Source of the DNA: Macrostomum lignano
Lineage: Eukaryota
Assembly: GCA_002269645.1 (NCBI GenBank)
Contig: NIVC01000701.1
Coordinates: 126,176 to 190,175, forward strand
Direction of reading: 5' to 3'
DNA: 64,000 nt
Positions 24,999-37,530 of the stretch are shown here, in pieces. The notes under the pieces are model-generated. The model saw only the letters and a program-made list of their open reading frames with translations. It did no database searches and was not told where the DNA came from. Position 1 is the stretch's first letter; each line of letters begins with the position of its first letter. A program made the translations under genes and the position numbers.

Positions 24999-27900
24999 TC
25001 ACTTGGCCCTGCCGGTGACCAAATTGCTCTTGGAGCCCGGCTGCTCTCCGCCGGCCGGCTCGGCGTCTCCTTCGAAACCGCGGTCGCGTCTGTCGACAGA
25101 GCAGAAAAACAGATGGTGAGAAAAGAATCTCCCCATTCTCCAAAGCTCAATATTTCCCAAAACTTAATATTCTCTAAAACTCCCCATTACCCAAACCTCT
25201 CTTACTTAAACCTCTCCATTACTCAAAAATCCCCATTACCTAAAAATCCCCATTACCCAAGCCTCCCCATTACCCGAAACTCCCCATTACCTAAAAATCC
25301 CCATTACCTAAAAATCCCCATTACCCAAGCCTCCCCATTACCCAAAACTCCCCATTACCCAAAAATCCCCATTACCCAAAACTCCCCATCACCCAAAACC
25401 TTCCATTACCCAAACCTCAATCTCCCTAAAACATTTCGCTTTCTTAAACTCTAAACTTCTCAAAAGTTCCCATGCCCATTCCATGAAAATCTGAATTACC
25501 TCAAAACCAGTCATTGTAAAAAAACAACCCCCATTCTCCGAAACTCTACATTCATAGAAAATCATAATTTCCTAAAACTTTCCCGACGCCTAGCAACCGC
25601 GTCACCGATGGCTTGACTGTCTGAGGCAGAATCCAATGCATAAGCTACTGGTTTGAAACTCACTGGTCGCGGCGGAAGGCGCGCACACCGTAGAGGACGC
25701 CGCAGGTGGCTACAGGGGCGGCGCCGAGCCACACGGTGGGCGACAGCAGACAGAGCAGCAGGGGCACCACGGCGGCGCTGCGGCGAAGCGATTGGCAATT
25801 TTGTTTGTTCGTGCCAATTTTTCCCTGTCTGGTTAATTAATCCTAGTCATGACTTTTGAGCCAAAATTATTGACTTTTACATCGTAGCCGACAATTAAGA
25901 AAAATAAACTCTACGAGTATATTTAGGATTCTTAAAAATCATGATTTTAAGTTCCTGAAGTTCTAGTTTTATAATGAAACATCCTAAGTCCTAGGGTTAT
26001 TGCGTCATAGCGGGCGAGAGACAACAATAATTTTGGCATCCTGAATCTAAGCTGGATTACATTTTAAGATTAATTTCCATTCTTTAATGTAGCAATGGTT
26101 TTTATAATTATTTGGATTTCAAGGCTTCAATCATTCTTAGAAGTCACAGACCTTCTGCAACTTCGGTAGACCAGAGAGGCCCAGCAGTGTAAAGGGCATG
26201 GTTGTGATTTTTTCGTTAGAGTTAGAGGCAGGGGGTGTGCACCCTGGCGCACTTTAAGCGACATTGTCACACAACCGGTGAGAGGCATTACTGCATATTC
26301 CGCCGACTTCCCTGAGCAGGCACACAAGCGCGCGAATACGTACGCAGGCACACACTCACACAGGAGTGTACAGCGGCCCTTAACTTTATTCATCCTAAGG
26401 CATGTACACTTCACTGTGCCTTGGGTGTTGGCCCGCAATGGCGTTAATTGCCCGAGCAGAGCCAAGCCGAGATTCCAATTCAGCCCCAAATTAATGTGGG
26501 CTGCACTGGGAATCGAGCCTGGGCCGCTGGCACATCAGAGCGCTGTGCTGGACCACTGGGCTACGCCCCCCCTTTTGTAGAGATGTTGGTGCTGCATTTG
26601 ACTTTGAATTTTTTTACTGATGAGTGAATCCAAACTATTAGCAAATTAGAAGCAGAAAGAAAAGCACTGAAGACACATTCCCAGCTCACACAAAGTAGAC
26701 CACAGCGCGCAGTAGGTAGGAGAATCGCTGCGAGAATTCGTAAACCCGATTGGTGCAGGCCAAACCAATGCAGCAGAGAGGCGCCTCCAGCACAATGAGG
26801 ATGGTGCCAATGATGCTGCGGTGTGACAATTATATTTACTGATTGTAGGTTTAATTAATTCAAATAAAGCCAGCAATATGTACTTACCTAAGGATAGTGC
26901 CAGCGGCAAAGCAGGCTGACTTCAGAGTCAGGCAGTTCAGGATGCCCAGGCTGAATGAAACTATAATAAATGATTCAAGAATTCAAATGGCTTAATCAGA
27001 CAATGAAATCATGACAGTATAAATGACAATGTCGATAAGAGCATGAACATGGGAAGAAAGTCGAGTCAAGGATAAAGAGATTAGTACATAGTCTAGAATT
27101 TACCAATAAGTCTATTCATTAGCAATTTGACCAAAAAGTATTCAAAAACTTTGGTAGATACTGATCATCATTCTTGCTATTGCTTAGGCCTAGTCAATTA
27201 AAAATGTACAAAAAAGTATCAACTTTAGCACCTCTTAGATTTGATCTATTTTGAATATTGAATATGTGGTTTTAGTTTTTTTTAATATTGAATAAAAGTA
27301 TCAAATAGTAAATAAGCTGCTGATTGTGCTATGCTATTGGGTTTGTTTCAAACATTTGTACTGATTACTAATTTTAATTACTTTTATTCTGATTAGGATA
27401 CTATTCTAGGGTGTTTACCAAAGCAAATAGAAAGCTATTGAAAGCTTATAAAAAAATATGAGTATATAATAAATGATTAATTTTTTTTGTTACTTGGTTT
27501 GTAAGTTAATAAAGAAATTAGGCTCCAAGTAAAAGTTTGGCTTTGATCTAATAAAAGTAAAACAGTTATAAGATGCAAAGCAGATTTATTATTTTCTTAT
27601 AAGACTTTGTAACTAAGAAAGTGTAATTAATCTTCAAATCAAATTTTGGGATCTAATAGACCCAGTGGCGTAGCCAGGGGGGGGGGGCAGGAGGGCCACA
27701 GGGAAGGGGGGCAAGAAGGCCACAGCCCCTCCCAATCACCTAGGGATGGGGTTGGGCATGGCAGGTACCTAAAAACCATGAGGCAATTGAGTGCCTGCAG
27801 TACTAAAATGAGTGCCTGCAGTGCCGAAATGAGTGCCTATAGCGCCAAAAGTGGCAATGGCATAAAGCATGGCTAGCTAGACCAACCTAGCCCCCTTCCC

Positions 27901-28532
27901 AATTGAAATTCCTGGCTACACCACTGAATAGACCCTACAATGATTTTTCTATGTATTTCTTATACCATGATGAATTTTCAATTATTGTGGCCTCACCTTT
28001 TGAAGGTTAATAATATTTTTAGCCCAAGGAGCCAAGAGTTTATTTACTCAAAAAATAGGCTATTTATCTATTTGCTAGTGAGATAGTTAGAATTTATAGG
28101 CCAAGAAAAGAGGAGGATAAGACTAGGAACTCTAAGCAAAAGTCTATTATAACTTAATTAATAAAAACTCATATTATCCTTCATAGTAATAATTTATAAT
28201 GGATATAAAAAAATATTGATTTATTTAATGTCTTACTTAATGTCATAATGAGTTAATGTTTAGATGCAAAAATGAATAAAATAAAACTGCAAAATATTCA
28301 ATCTTGTTTAATTTGAATTCATTTTAATAGACATTGGTCTAAACAAGGAACTAGTTATTTTAGTGACAAATATATATAAGGCATTAAGTATCCATTATTT
28401 ACAAATTTCAAAATATTTAAAATATTTAAAATACTTACCAATTCCAGCAATAAAACCAACTCCTTGAGCAACATACTGAATGTAGCGATCAGCATATGCC
28501 ATCTCATTAAAATTATCAGATGACATTGACAT
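24999..28532 (-). CDS. CACFD1: Calcium channel flower homolog (flower/CACFD1), 5 exons, 165 aa
   Basis: Not in the ORF track. Exons 28532-28439, 26960-26888, 26815-26690, 25777-25664, 25089-24999 splice in frame (498 nt) to MSMSSDNFNEMAYADRYIQYVAQGVGFIAGIVSFSLGILNCLTLKSACFAAGTILSIIGTILIVLEAPLCCIGLACTNRVYEFSQRFSYLLRAVVYFVAAVVPLLLCLLSPTVWLGAAPVATCGVLYGVRAFRRDQ... The motifs EAPxCC and ATxGVLYG and the hydrophobic segments match the flower family. Confidence 0.88.
25165..25420. repeat. Degenerate ~19-20-bp CCCCATTACC repeat (flower intron 4)
   Basis: Recurrent aactccccattaccc / aatccccattacc units. Confidence 0.85.
26236..26570 (-). mobile_element. tRNA-derived SINE (flower intron 3)
   Basis: Minus-strand head GGCGTAGCCCAGTGGTCC...GGCTCGATTCCC gives A- and B-box-like motifs. 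The ~290-bp body is shared with 16781-17072. Confidence 0.75.
27663..27926. mobile_element. hAT-type MITE in flower intron 1
   Basis: TIRs CAGTGGCGTAGCCAGG / CCTGGCTACACCACTG. 8-bp TSD AATAGACC at 27655-27662 and 27927-27934. Confidence 0.85.
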
Positions 28533-31500
28533 TTTAGCTCTAAGACTAGACCTACTATGCCTATAGGCTATATAACTAGGGGGCCTATAATAGCCTTTAT
28601 AATAGGCCGCCTATTAAGCTTTAGAATAAATGAATCTAGGCTTACTTGGACTTAAAATCAGACAAAATCCAATGTCTATGTCTACTAAGTAATCTACTTA
28701 TTTTACCTTAATGACAAGCTATTAGCAATAACTTTAGAGTAGGTCTGGTGACGTGAGTAGCTTTTTAATGTATAAAATCGCTAGAATATAGACTGTATTT
28801 TGTCTTTAAAGTTTCAAGTTCAAGACTTAATCTGGCAAAAGAAATCCAGAAATAGCAATACTACTCAAAAGTCTTACGAATAATTGAATCATCCTCACTC
28901 TGGAACTGGAACTGAACCTAATACTGCATTTCTAATCTCTTGAAAGAGGTTTTCACTCATAGGCTCTGAAGAAATAGTAATTTGATGGACGAGTTAAATT
29001 CATACAATAACAGCCATAATAAGCACATTAACAAAACTTTAAATTTTATTGCCTTAGCTGTGATTGAATTAACAGCGTTTAATCTAAAAATAAAACGATT
29101 TAGTATAAACAAGCACAATCTTTATTGCTGGTTGCTCGGTTCTTAAGCCAAAAAGTTTAAAGTTCGACATGTCAGTCCAATCATTTCAGTTGAACCCCTA
29201 TAAAAGCAAGAAGTCGGTTAAAGCAGATTCATTAAAAGCTAAAACATTCCCATCAATTTACTTATTACGATTAGCACTAGCAGAAGCAGGGACTACTGAA
29301 ACAGCTGTTTGTTATTATCGTTCTGCCCCTGTTTCTCCTAGCAGGTTTACTGCCCAAATGCAAGGAGCAGAAGAATTAAGTGGAGCCTGGATACTGAAAG
29401 CTGAATAAATTATTTTGGCACTAAAGGTCGGCGAAAGCGAAAGGCAAGGCTTTGGTTTTAGTTAGATACTTAGTTACCGCTACTGCTGTTTTTTCACTAG
29501 TTCCTGATCAGTAGCACAAAATTAAGCGATAAGTCCAATATATACATGTATAATCCCACATCTTAAAAAAAACTGACAGGGGGAAGAGCATGCAGCCACT
29601 ATTCAGTTAAATAGCAATCGGCCCATATGTCTCCGATTTCGCGTACTGTAATCGGACTGTAATCGCGTACTAAAATTGATCCAATTTTTATACTGTGAAT
29701 CACTATAAACATTTTTTGGCTAGTAGCAATAGTATATTTGCAGCAATTTTACACTAGGCGTCTAAAAATTGGAACGCAGCTGAATAAAACTGCGCGAATG
29801 TATCACTCAATACAGAGATAATTAATGTAATTATGTACATGCATCACGATCGTCGGGTCTACTGTGTGAGATGAAATTATGATTATTACAAGGTACTCTT
29901 ACATGGGAATGTTCGTCGCTAGGCATAAAAGTTTTTCTTGTTTTTTGGGTGAATGATCTTTTTTCGCGGGGATCAAGCATCTGAGTTTTAAAAATGTCAT
30001 AATTATCTTTATTTTTAATTCTTGACAAGGCTTTCTTGTTTTGTTGTACAGCTTTGGTTTGCCAACTGGGAGTTTCTCCACAGGGGAATATTCTCCTGCA
30101 GCAACTTTTCATGCAAAAGTGCGTATCGCGATCATAAATCAGATCATTTGCAGATTACGGAGATCACTTTTACGTCAGAATAACAGATTTTTGTTCCATT
30201 GGCACGACAGGGGTATCCATGCAACCCTACGAGCTACATTATACAACAATACATGTGTATGAGTTCAGAGGTTAGTGGATCTAGCGAAACCGCGTAAATT
30301 GACTTATTTCAGTTATCTACAGGGTTGGTTCGATGACATACATGTAGCGTTTAAGCTTGAACTCGCAAGTTATTGCTCTTTTTATTCATACGACCTATTG
30401 TCGCTAATAAAAGAAGAGCCCGAATACCATATAAATTCATGTAGCCTTGGGTGCTGGGGTCGCGGGTTGGTCAGGAAGGTCTGCCAGTCACGCCTTCAGC
30501 GTGTTTTTTGTAGAGAAGAGCTGAGGATGTTTGTCTAGTTGCGCGAGGAACACGGCGTGCTGTGAGATGGCTATAGTCTCGGACTACATGTAGCACTGCA
30601 GATTCGAACCGATGTCTCGGTTTGAAGATTATAGCAGTGACAAACGAAGACCAGGTGTTTTATCACTTAGATTTTCATCACTTCATTTCACACTACCAAT
30701 GATTTTAAGCACAAAGGACCCTCTAAAACAGGGAAAAATCCTGCGGGAAAGCTCCGGCTGGAAAAACTCGTCGGGAAAACTGGGCCGGGAAGCTCCTGAC
30801 CGAAAAAGCATGCAGGGCATAAAAAACTCGTGCTCCCGCCATTATTTTTCTTTTATAGTGCAAAAAATTCCGCTAATTAATCTACATGCATATGTACAAA
30901 TGATGCATCTAAGACAAACGTTTGCCTCCCAAATGTTTGGTTAACAACTACTGCACAGTGCAGTGCATAATCAGAAAGCGGATTAGCATTTCCTCATGAA
31001 AATGCATTGGCCGCGGGTTATAAGTCTACATGTAGATCATGTCTCATGCGCCGCTTTACGGCAGCCTTCTTTATCAAGATCTGGCGATCGACTTCGGATA
31101 ATTAGGCTTACGCAGAGGAAATTTATGAGGCCAGAAAAGGCGGCAGCGACGCATGATTGGAACTGGAAACTACGGAATTTTTATCGCTACACAGGTGCAG
31201 TATATTGGATAGTACTCTTTTTAGTTTCTTTGAAAAGAAAATAAATATTGCATTGATCTACATTAATTCTGACTGCTGCTATGGTAGCTACGGCTCGTAT
31301 CTTCAAGCATTACTATCCATGCACAGTTTACGACCTACATGACCTGAAAGAAGGCATCTACCTACATGTATAACCATGCCGTGTACCTGCAGAATGGATG
31401 AAAGTCGTTGGCTCTTAGCTCGTATGTGACGCAGCTGATTGCAAGTGATCGCATAGGCACAGCAGCGTCCATCAATTGGGCCATACTTAAACATAGGAAA

Positions 31501-32121
31501 GGACGTTTAAAAGATGCCACAGAGCGAATGTCTTTCCCCCAAGCCGCTGTGTTAGTCGTGTCGTCGCTTGTTTTTAAAAAGATTTTTATTCCAGACGTTG
31601 ATCATTACAAGTCACAAAGATCCTTATATTGCATAGTATACTTATAGTTTAAAGTCGAAAATCAGAGGGCCGTGCACCCCCATCGCCCGCCAAAGAACCG
31701 CGGCCCTACAGAAAGTACAAACTTCATAAACGCCCGAAATCGAATCGAGGCCAGCAAGCTTGATGAATGACAAAGATCGCTCCATTTTAATCACCTCTTG
31801 CAGATGACATTTGCATACCTATTCAGAAACATACCTGTTTTTCAGAAACAGAGTACCCACCAATAGCCAGGGCCCCCAAATGTTTGCGCTTCTAAGTGTG
31901 GTGCGCACAACACAATTTCCTACGTACACCATGGTTGGAGAGACTGCCAGCTTTATAAAGCATATATCTACATACATGCATGTATGTTAAATGTAAATTT
32001 TTCCCTAGGTCAGTCCAGCAAAGAATCCCCTTTGCGTGGAATGATCACTCCTTGAGATACAACAGCATGCCTAATGTAACAAATTCAGACTTGTAAATTT
32101 TCAATATCTTCTGAACCGGCA

Positions 32122-32164
32122 CATTGGCCAATCAGATGACCGGTGAATGCTGGGGCTATATAAG
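32122..32164 (+). promoter_or_regulatory. Candidate ENaC core promoter: double CCAAT box plus TATA
   Basis: CATTGGCCAATCA at 32122-32134 and TATATAA at 32157-32163, about 75 nt upstream of the ATG. Confidence 0.55.
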
Positions 32165-32235
32165 CGGGATTCTGTAACGCATCCTCTTCAGAATACTCGT
32201 AGATCGCTTCATCTTCATCGTGCAAACCTAGCGAC

Positions 32236-35200
32236 ATGGCCTACGCCGGTAAGACAAAATATGAACTCTTGATGGAGGCGCTGACCACCAGCACAGCTCA
32301 CGGCATTAGCAGAGTGGCAATTACCAAGGCTGGCCCGCTCAAAGCGATGTGGGCAATCCTGTTCGCCGTGTTTCTTGGTCTATTTCTTAACACGGCCAGG
32401 GGCCTCGTGAAGAAGCTGCAGAGTGTGGAGCTGACTTCGACCTACGAGGCTGGCCGCGTGTCTTTCGTGTTTCCCGAGCTGTACTTTTGTCCGAACAGTC
32501 AGTACTCGGGCAGTTATCCGTTCTCGTTGAGTAGTGCGGAAGCGAAAGCTGTGAATGACGAAGTGGCTCGGTTGAGCAGTCTGTACGACAGCCAGACAAA
32601 TGACAGCGATGTGCTGCTCAAAGCCTCCGCTATTCAGAACTCGCTGCCTGTTGGCATGGCGATCAGGTGGGTGCATGGTATGGGATAGGCTTTGTAGAGA
32701 TAGGCCTTCATAGAGCAGGGACTTGCCTGCGAAGTTGTACTTGCGCAAGGTGCATGGGCTGAGCAGGGGTGAGTAAACATGAAATGGAACAATTCTTACT
32801 ATCATCCAGAGGTGGCTATGATCTTCTACATGTGTGCCCAACAGTCAGGCCAAGGTCGGTTTTTAATTTCTTACTCGGTGTCAAAAGTTATCAACCGTTG
32901 AGCCAGGACCTCACCTGTGGACACATGCGCTCGAGTTTTATTTAAATATTATTATAATGACTGCTGTATTTCAGTATGCGATTCTTCTTGTGAATGTCGC
33001 AAATTGCATAATGTGATTTGATCGACCCCAACCAGGTACCTTGCGCTGCGCAAGCTGCAGTCGGTGCTGCGCAGCGAGCTGGTGAGTCACTTCCGGGTCG
33101 ACCAGGTGGCTATGGAGGAGTTTTACCACCCGACTAACCTGATCTGCTTTCGGCCGGTGCTCACACCAAAGCTGCGCCAGCACATGCAGACAAGCGGCAG
33201 CGTCCTGCACGTGTGGCTGTCTACAGATCCGTACTTCTCAGACTTCAACTATACCGGAGAGTCGATTCGGCCGATCAAAGACAGACTCGGTAACGAGTCG
33301 CTGGAGTTCACTGAATGGCAGCATGCTGGAGGGGCCGAGGACTTAAAGGCAGGTTGCAATGCTTACCGTCAGGAGCTGCTGCTTATTGCTTAATATGAGA
33401 TGACCATAATGTTGGAAAACAACACGAAAATTCACTATGCTCGTAAATTGAGCCGTCGATTACTCAGAGGTTTTCAGACTTTTTACTTGTATCTCACACG
33501 TTTTGCTCTGAAAAACTTTACACCTAGTTACATGGGGAGAGCGGAAGGGCTGATAACAAGCGTCTGCTAATCTATACATGTCCATGTACATGGGGCAAAA
33601 GTTCTAGGATCAGTAGAACATTGTACACAACCTCACAATCAACAAAACCGCAAAGACAACCAAGCTACGTACGTTTAAAAGATTTCATAGCCACAACATT
33701 TTAAGAGATGGTTCCCGACGTCCGCGGGGATTTGCGGCGTCGCCGCGGGCTTGCCTGGGCTGCTTTTCGTTCTGTGAGGCCAGCCATGCAGTCCGAGATC
33801 CTACCATCTACTACCATCCAATGATTAGACCTGGACGGTGCCTGCGAGATCGGCGACGAGAGGGTTTCCAACCCGGCACTGTACGAGCGTATGACCGCGC
33901 TGGCCTAATCCGTCCAGCCATATCATCCTCGCCGAGTACCGCATGTACCGCCCACAGACTGTGCAGGAGGCGTTGCTGCCATCGGCGCGAGGAGTAGTGC
34001 ACTATGTAGCCTACGTTCACGCCCAGGCTCTGAGACGCACCCTGTGACGTTGATGTCTTTGTGAACTGACTCAGCGTATTCTATTTTTTTTGTTCAGAGA
34101 TCATAAAGTCTGGAAAACTCAGAACAAAACAAATTTGCTTGTTCGGTTTCTTTTTCTCTCATAAAAGACTTAACTATTATTGGCTTCAGATCTCCGGCTA
34201 CACCATGATGCTGGTACCGCCGGGTGAATATCCGATGGTGGCGCCAAGCAGCAGCTTCCTGGTTGCTCCTGGCAACGGTTACTCGGTAGCGCTGGAGATG
34301 GAGGAGAGCGCCGCCAGCGAGGAGCTTCACGGAAATGAATGCGTGCCTGGCTCACCGGATGTTCTTTACCGGGATCATCTGACAGGCGAGTATCTTGGCT
34401 CTCTAGCTGGGGGCATTTTCTTGAGGTTAAATTTCAGGCAGAGAGTTATTATTCAGCTACTTTAATCACATCTGACTTTTACTTTCAACCCATTGGCTTG
34501 CAGAAAGACCGCTGGAGTTTCACTACAACCACCTGACCTGTTTTCACCGTCACAAGCACGAATTGTTTATTAACGCGTTCGGCTGCCAGCCGTCCGGTTA
34601 TCCCCTGTTCTGGGAGCACCGGGCCTGGCCGAGGTGCCTCAACCTGTCCGAGGCGTCCAGCGCGGTGCTGACCAGACTTCGCTCGGCCAGTCTGGAGGAG
34701 ACCACCCAGATTGATAAGCAGGCCAGCGCCAGCTGCTCCAAACGAATCCCCTGCCATTCCCGTTCCTACCGGGCCGTGTTCTCGTTCGGCCGCTGGCCTG
34801 GCGTTGGCAGCTCCACAATTGGTTACTTCGCCAAGGAGCATCAGGCAGTCTCGGAGGCGGAGGCGCCAGCCCGATGGCGGCTCACTCGGATGGCCCGCCA
34901 GCTGCTGCAACCGGGCGGTCACTCGGCTCACCTGGAGAGTTTGTTTCGCTCCTACGTGGCCGAGTCACATCTGCGGGTGAGCGTCTGGGGCTCCTCCGCC
35001 CGGTCACCTCTAGTTGTGCTGTCGGCCTCGTACTCTTGGACTGCTTTTCTTGCTGACACGGGCGGCCTGTTGGGCCTCTACATCGGCTGCAGCCTGCTCA
35101 CCTTGTGCGAATTGCTCGACCTGTTCTACATGCTGCTGGAGGGCCGCCTGCTCTGCGCCACAAAGAAATGCAAGCGACGGAACGGCCAGGATTCGGCTGC

Positions 35201-35243
35201 GGCCGATGAAGGTCGAGAGCCGACATCGGCTGTGGCTGTCTGA
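32236..35243 (+). CDS. Degenerin/epithelial sodium channel (DEG/ENaC) family subunit, at least 4 exons
   Basis: Exon 32236-32666 has the N-terminal HG motif (STAHGISR), TM1 (AMWAILFAVFLGLF) and FPELYFCP. Exon from 33036 has FYHPTNLICF. Exon 34190-34385 has GYTMMLVPPGEYP. Exon 34504-35243 has a Cys-rich region and TM2 ADTGGLLGLYIGCSLLTLCELLD with a GxS filter. The end of exon 2 and any small exons between 33350 and 34190 are unresolved. Confidence 0.88.
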
Positions 35244-35309
35244 GAGTGTACTGAGGGCCAGTTAGCCAGATCAGCCACTGTGGGCTCTTTCGAAATAAGT
35301 CTTGCTGCT

Positions 35310-35815
35310 GTCTCAGTAGGGGTTGGTGTTTCAGTAGGGGTTGGTGTTTCAGTAGGGGTTGGTGTTTCAGTAGGGGTTGGTGTCTCAGTGGGGGTTGGTG
35401 TTTCAGTGGGGGTTGGTGTCTCAGTGGGGTTGGTGTCTCAGTGGGGGTTGGTGTTTCAGTAGGGTTTGGTGTTTCAGTAGAGGTTGGTGTTTCAGTAGGG
35501 GTTTGTGTTTCAGTGGGGGTTGGTGATTCAGTAGGGGTTGGTGTTTCATTGGGTTGGTGTTTCAGTGGGGGTTGGTGATTCAGTAGGGGTTGGTGTTTCA
35601 TTGGGTTGGTGTTTCAGTGGGGGTTGGTGATTCAGTAGGGGTTGGTGTTTCATTGGGTTGGTGTTTCAGTGGGGGTTGGTGATTCAGTAGGGGTTGGTGT
35701 TTCATTGGGTTGGTGTTTCAGTGGGGGTTGGTGATTCAGTAGGGGTTGGTGTTTCATTGGGTTGGTGTTTCAGTGAGGGTTGGAGATTCAGTAGGGGTTG
35801 GTGTCTCAGTGGGGG
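35310..35815. repeat. 18-bp minisatellite GTTTCAGTAGGGGTTGGT downstream of the ENaC gene
   Basis: Tandem units, forming a three-unit higher-order repeat in the distal half. Confidence 0.93.
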
Positions 35816-37530
35816 TTTATGTCTCAATATCTGAGTGCAAAGTGAAGTCTGACGAGTTTTTTGGCACTTGTACGAGCGTAGTGTCAATTTTTAACAGTCT
35901 GCACCAGCATCCAGTCACATATTGTGCGATATTGCGTGCCCGCTAGTATATTGCGTAACCTAGAGTGTGGCTGTCCTGCATGTGAAAACACAAGTTCACT
36001 TCTAACTGTCTTATAAGTAGCGTTAATAGTCGCTTAAATCGGTTTTACTTGATGAACATGCTGCCTCGTTGTCTCCTGCAATCTGTTAGTAAAACGTCGC
36101 ACTCTCTACTCGAAGTAGTCGTTCTTGAACATTTTGAAGAGATTTAAATACAGAACTACAACAGCAGAAAATTTCGACTCAATTGCCAAGTTTGATCGGA
36201 GTCGCTTTAAATAGTCTCCAGTTAACTTGATACCATATAATTTTCTGGACAGCTAATTGGCTTTGGTAATTCCTCCTATGCAGCAATAAATAGAGTCATT
36301 TTTTAGCTTTTCCGAATACCGTAGACTGGAAGAAGCGCTGCGCGAAAAAGCTAAGCACTAATTGCACTACTAATTGAGTAGTTGAATCATGCATAGATAA
36401 TAATAAAAGCTTGTCTAAGGCTGCAAGACTAGTCAAGTAAAACGAATTCGCGTGAAACCATCAAAAAAAAAACTTAATGAAAATGTGAGTTAAAGAGCTA
36501 AGTACAAATAAAAAACTAGAATAGCATAGAAGCATTGCTGATTGAGTATGTAACTGGATTTGCTCAAAGGGAAAGATAATAGTCAGTAGCAGTACTGCTG
36601 AGTACTGGTTAGAGTTAGGAAAATCAATTAATGAAATGCGGACTTCCACATCCGCATCCAAGCATAGGTTAAGAGTTGCTAACGACACTTGCTCACACAA
36701 GTTCTCTGTCGCACAAGTTAAATAAGAGCTAGACTTGAGTAACAGTGAAAAATGAGTTTCTGATAGGAAAAATCAGCTTATATAGTAAATTCAGGGGAAG
36801 TTGGTGCGATCTTGTAGAAATTGAATGCAAATTCGCTATAGTATTATCCACTCAACTTAATCCTAGGGCTAGGAGCTTTTAAATTAATGCATGTGATGGA
36901 TAACCTCTGATAGGAGCTCAGATGCCTCTTCATTAAACAATTTGTGACCACTCGTTACCTGGTACAAAAGTCCTGGACAAGCGTGAATTTCCTATCAACT
37001 TGAAAAGAGAATACCATACTAATCTATGTATATTGTTCCCCCGAAACAGGAATAATAAAGGGCATCACAGGACGACTACAGTGGGAAGGAAGCTACTCTC
37101 AGCAACTTTTCAGCCTTTTTGCATAGCGCAAAATGGAGGTTAACCATAGACATAATCCATTTACTTAGCATAAACTCAAGAGCAATTTCACCTAAATTTG
37201 CTATTCGAAAGTATATATTCGTTTTAATAAGCCCAAAACTTACTAATCCATTCTCTACAGCTAAAAACGGGCTTTCAGTGTAGCATCCTTCGATATTTTT
37301 GTTTTCTTAAGTATCAATCTTATGTCTGTAATAATCTTAAACAGCGTGCTGTAATGTATAGGATTTAACGTCGATCGATTTTGTAGTGCAAAAAATTCTG
37401 ATACAATTTTGTTGCTAAATTTTTGTTATAAATTTCTGTTAATACGCGTTGTAACAAAAGCAAGGATTCTTGTCCAGCAACCAACCCACATGTCAGTCAG
37501 TCAGTCCGCTGCCCAGCCTCGCACCAACAA

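Noticed and set aside
24827-25150. Track ORFs overlapping the flower last exon in other frames
   Set aside because: Splice phase from exon 4 selects the frame QRDRGFEGDAEP...RAK*. The other frames run into the satellite.
30590-30680. tRNA(Sec)-like motif on the minus strand (CTTCAAA followed by GGTTCGAATC)
   Set aside because: Anticodon, D and acceptor stems do not pair, so no cloverleaf forms.
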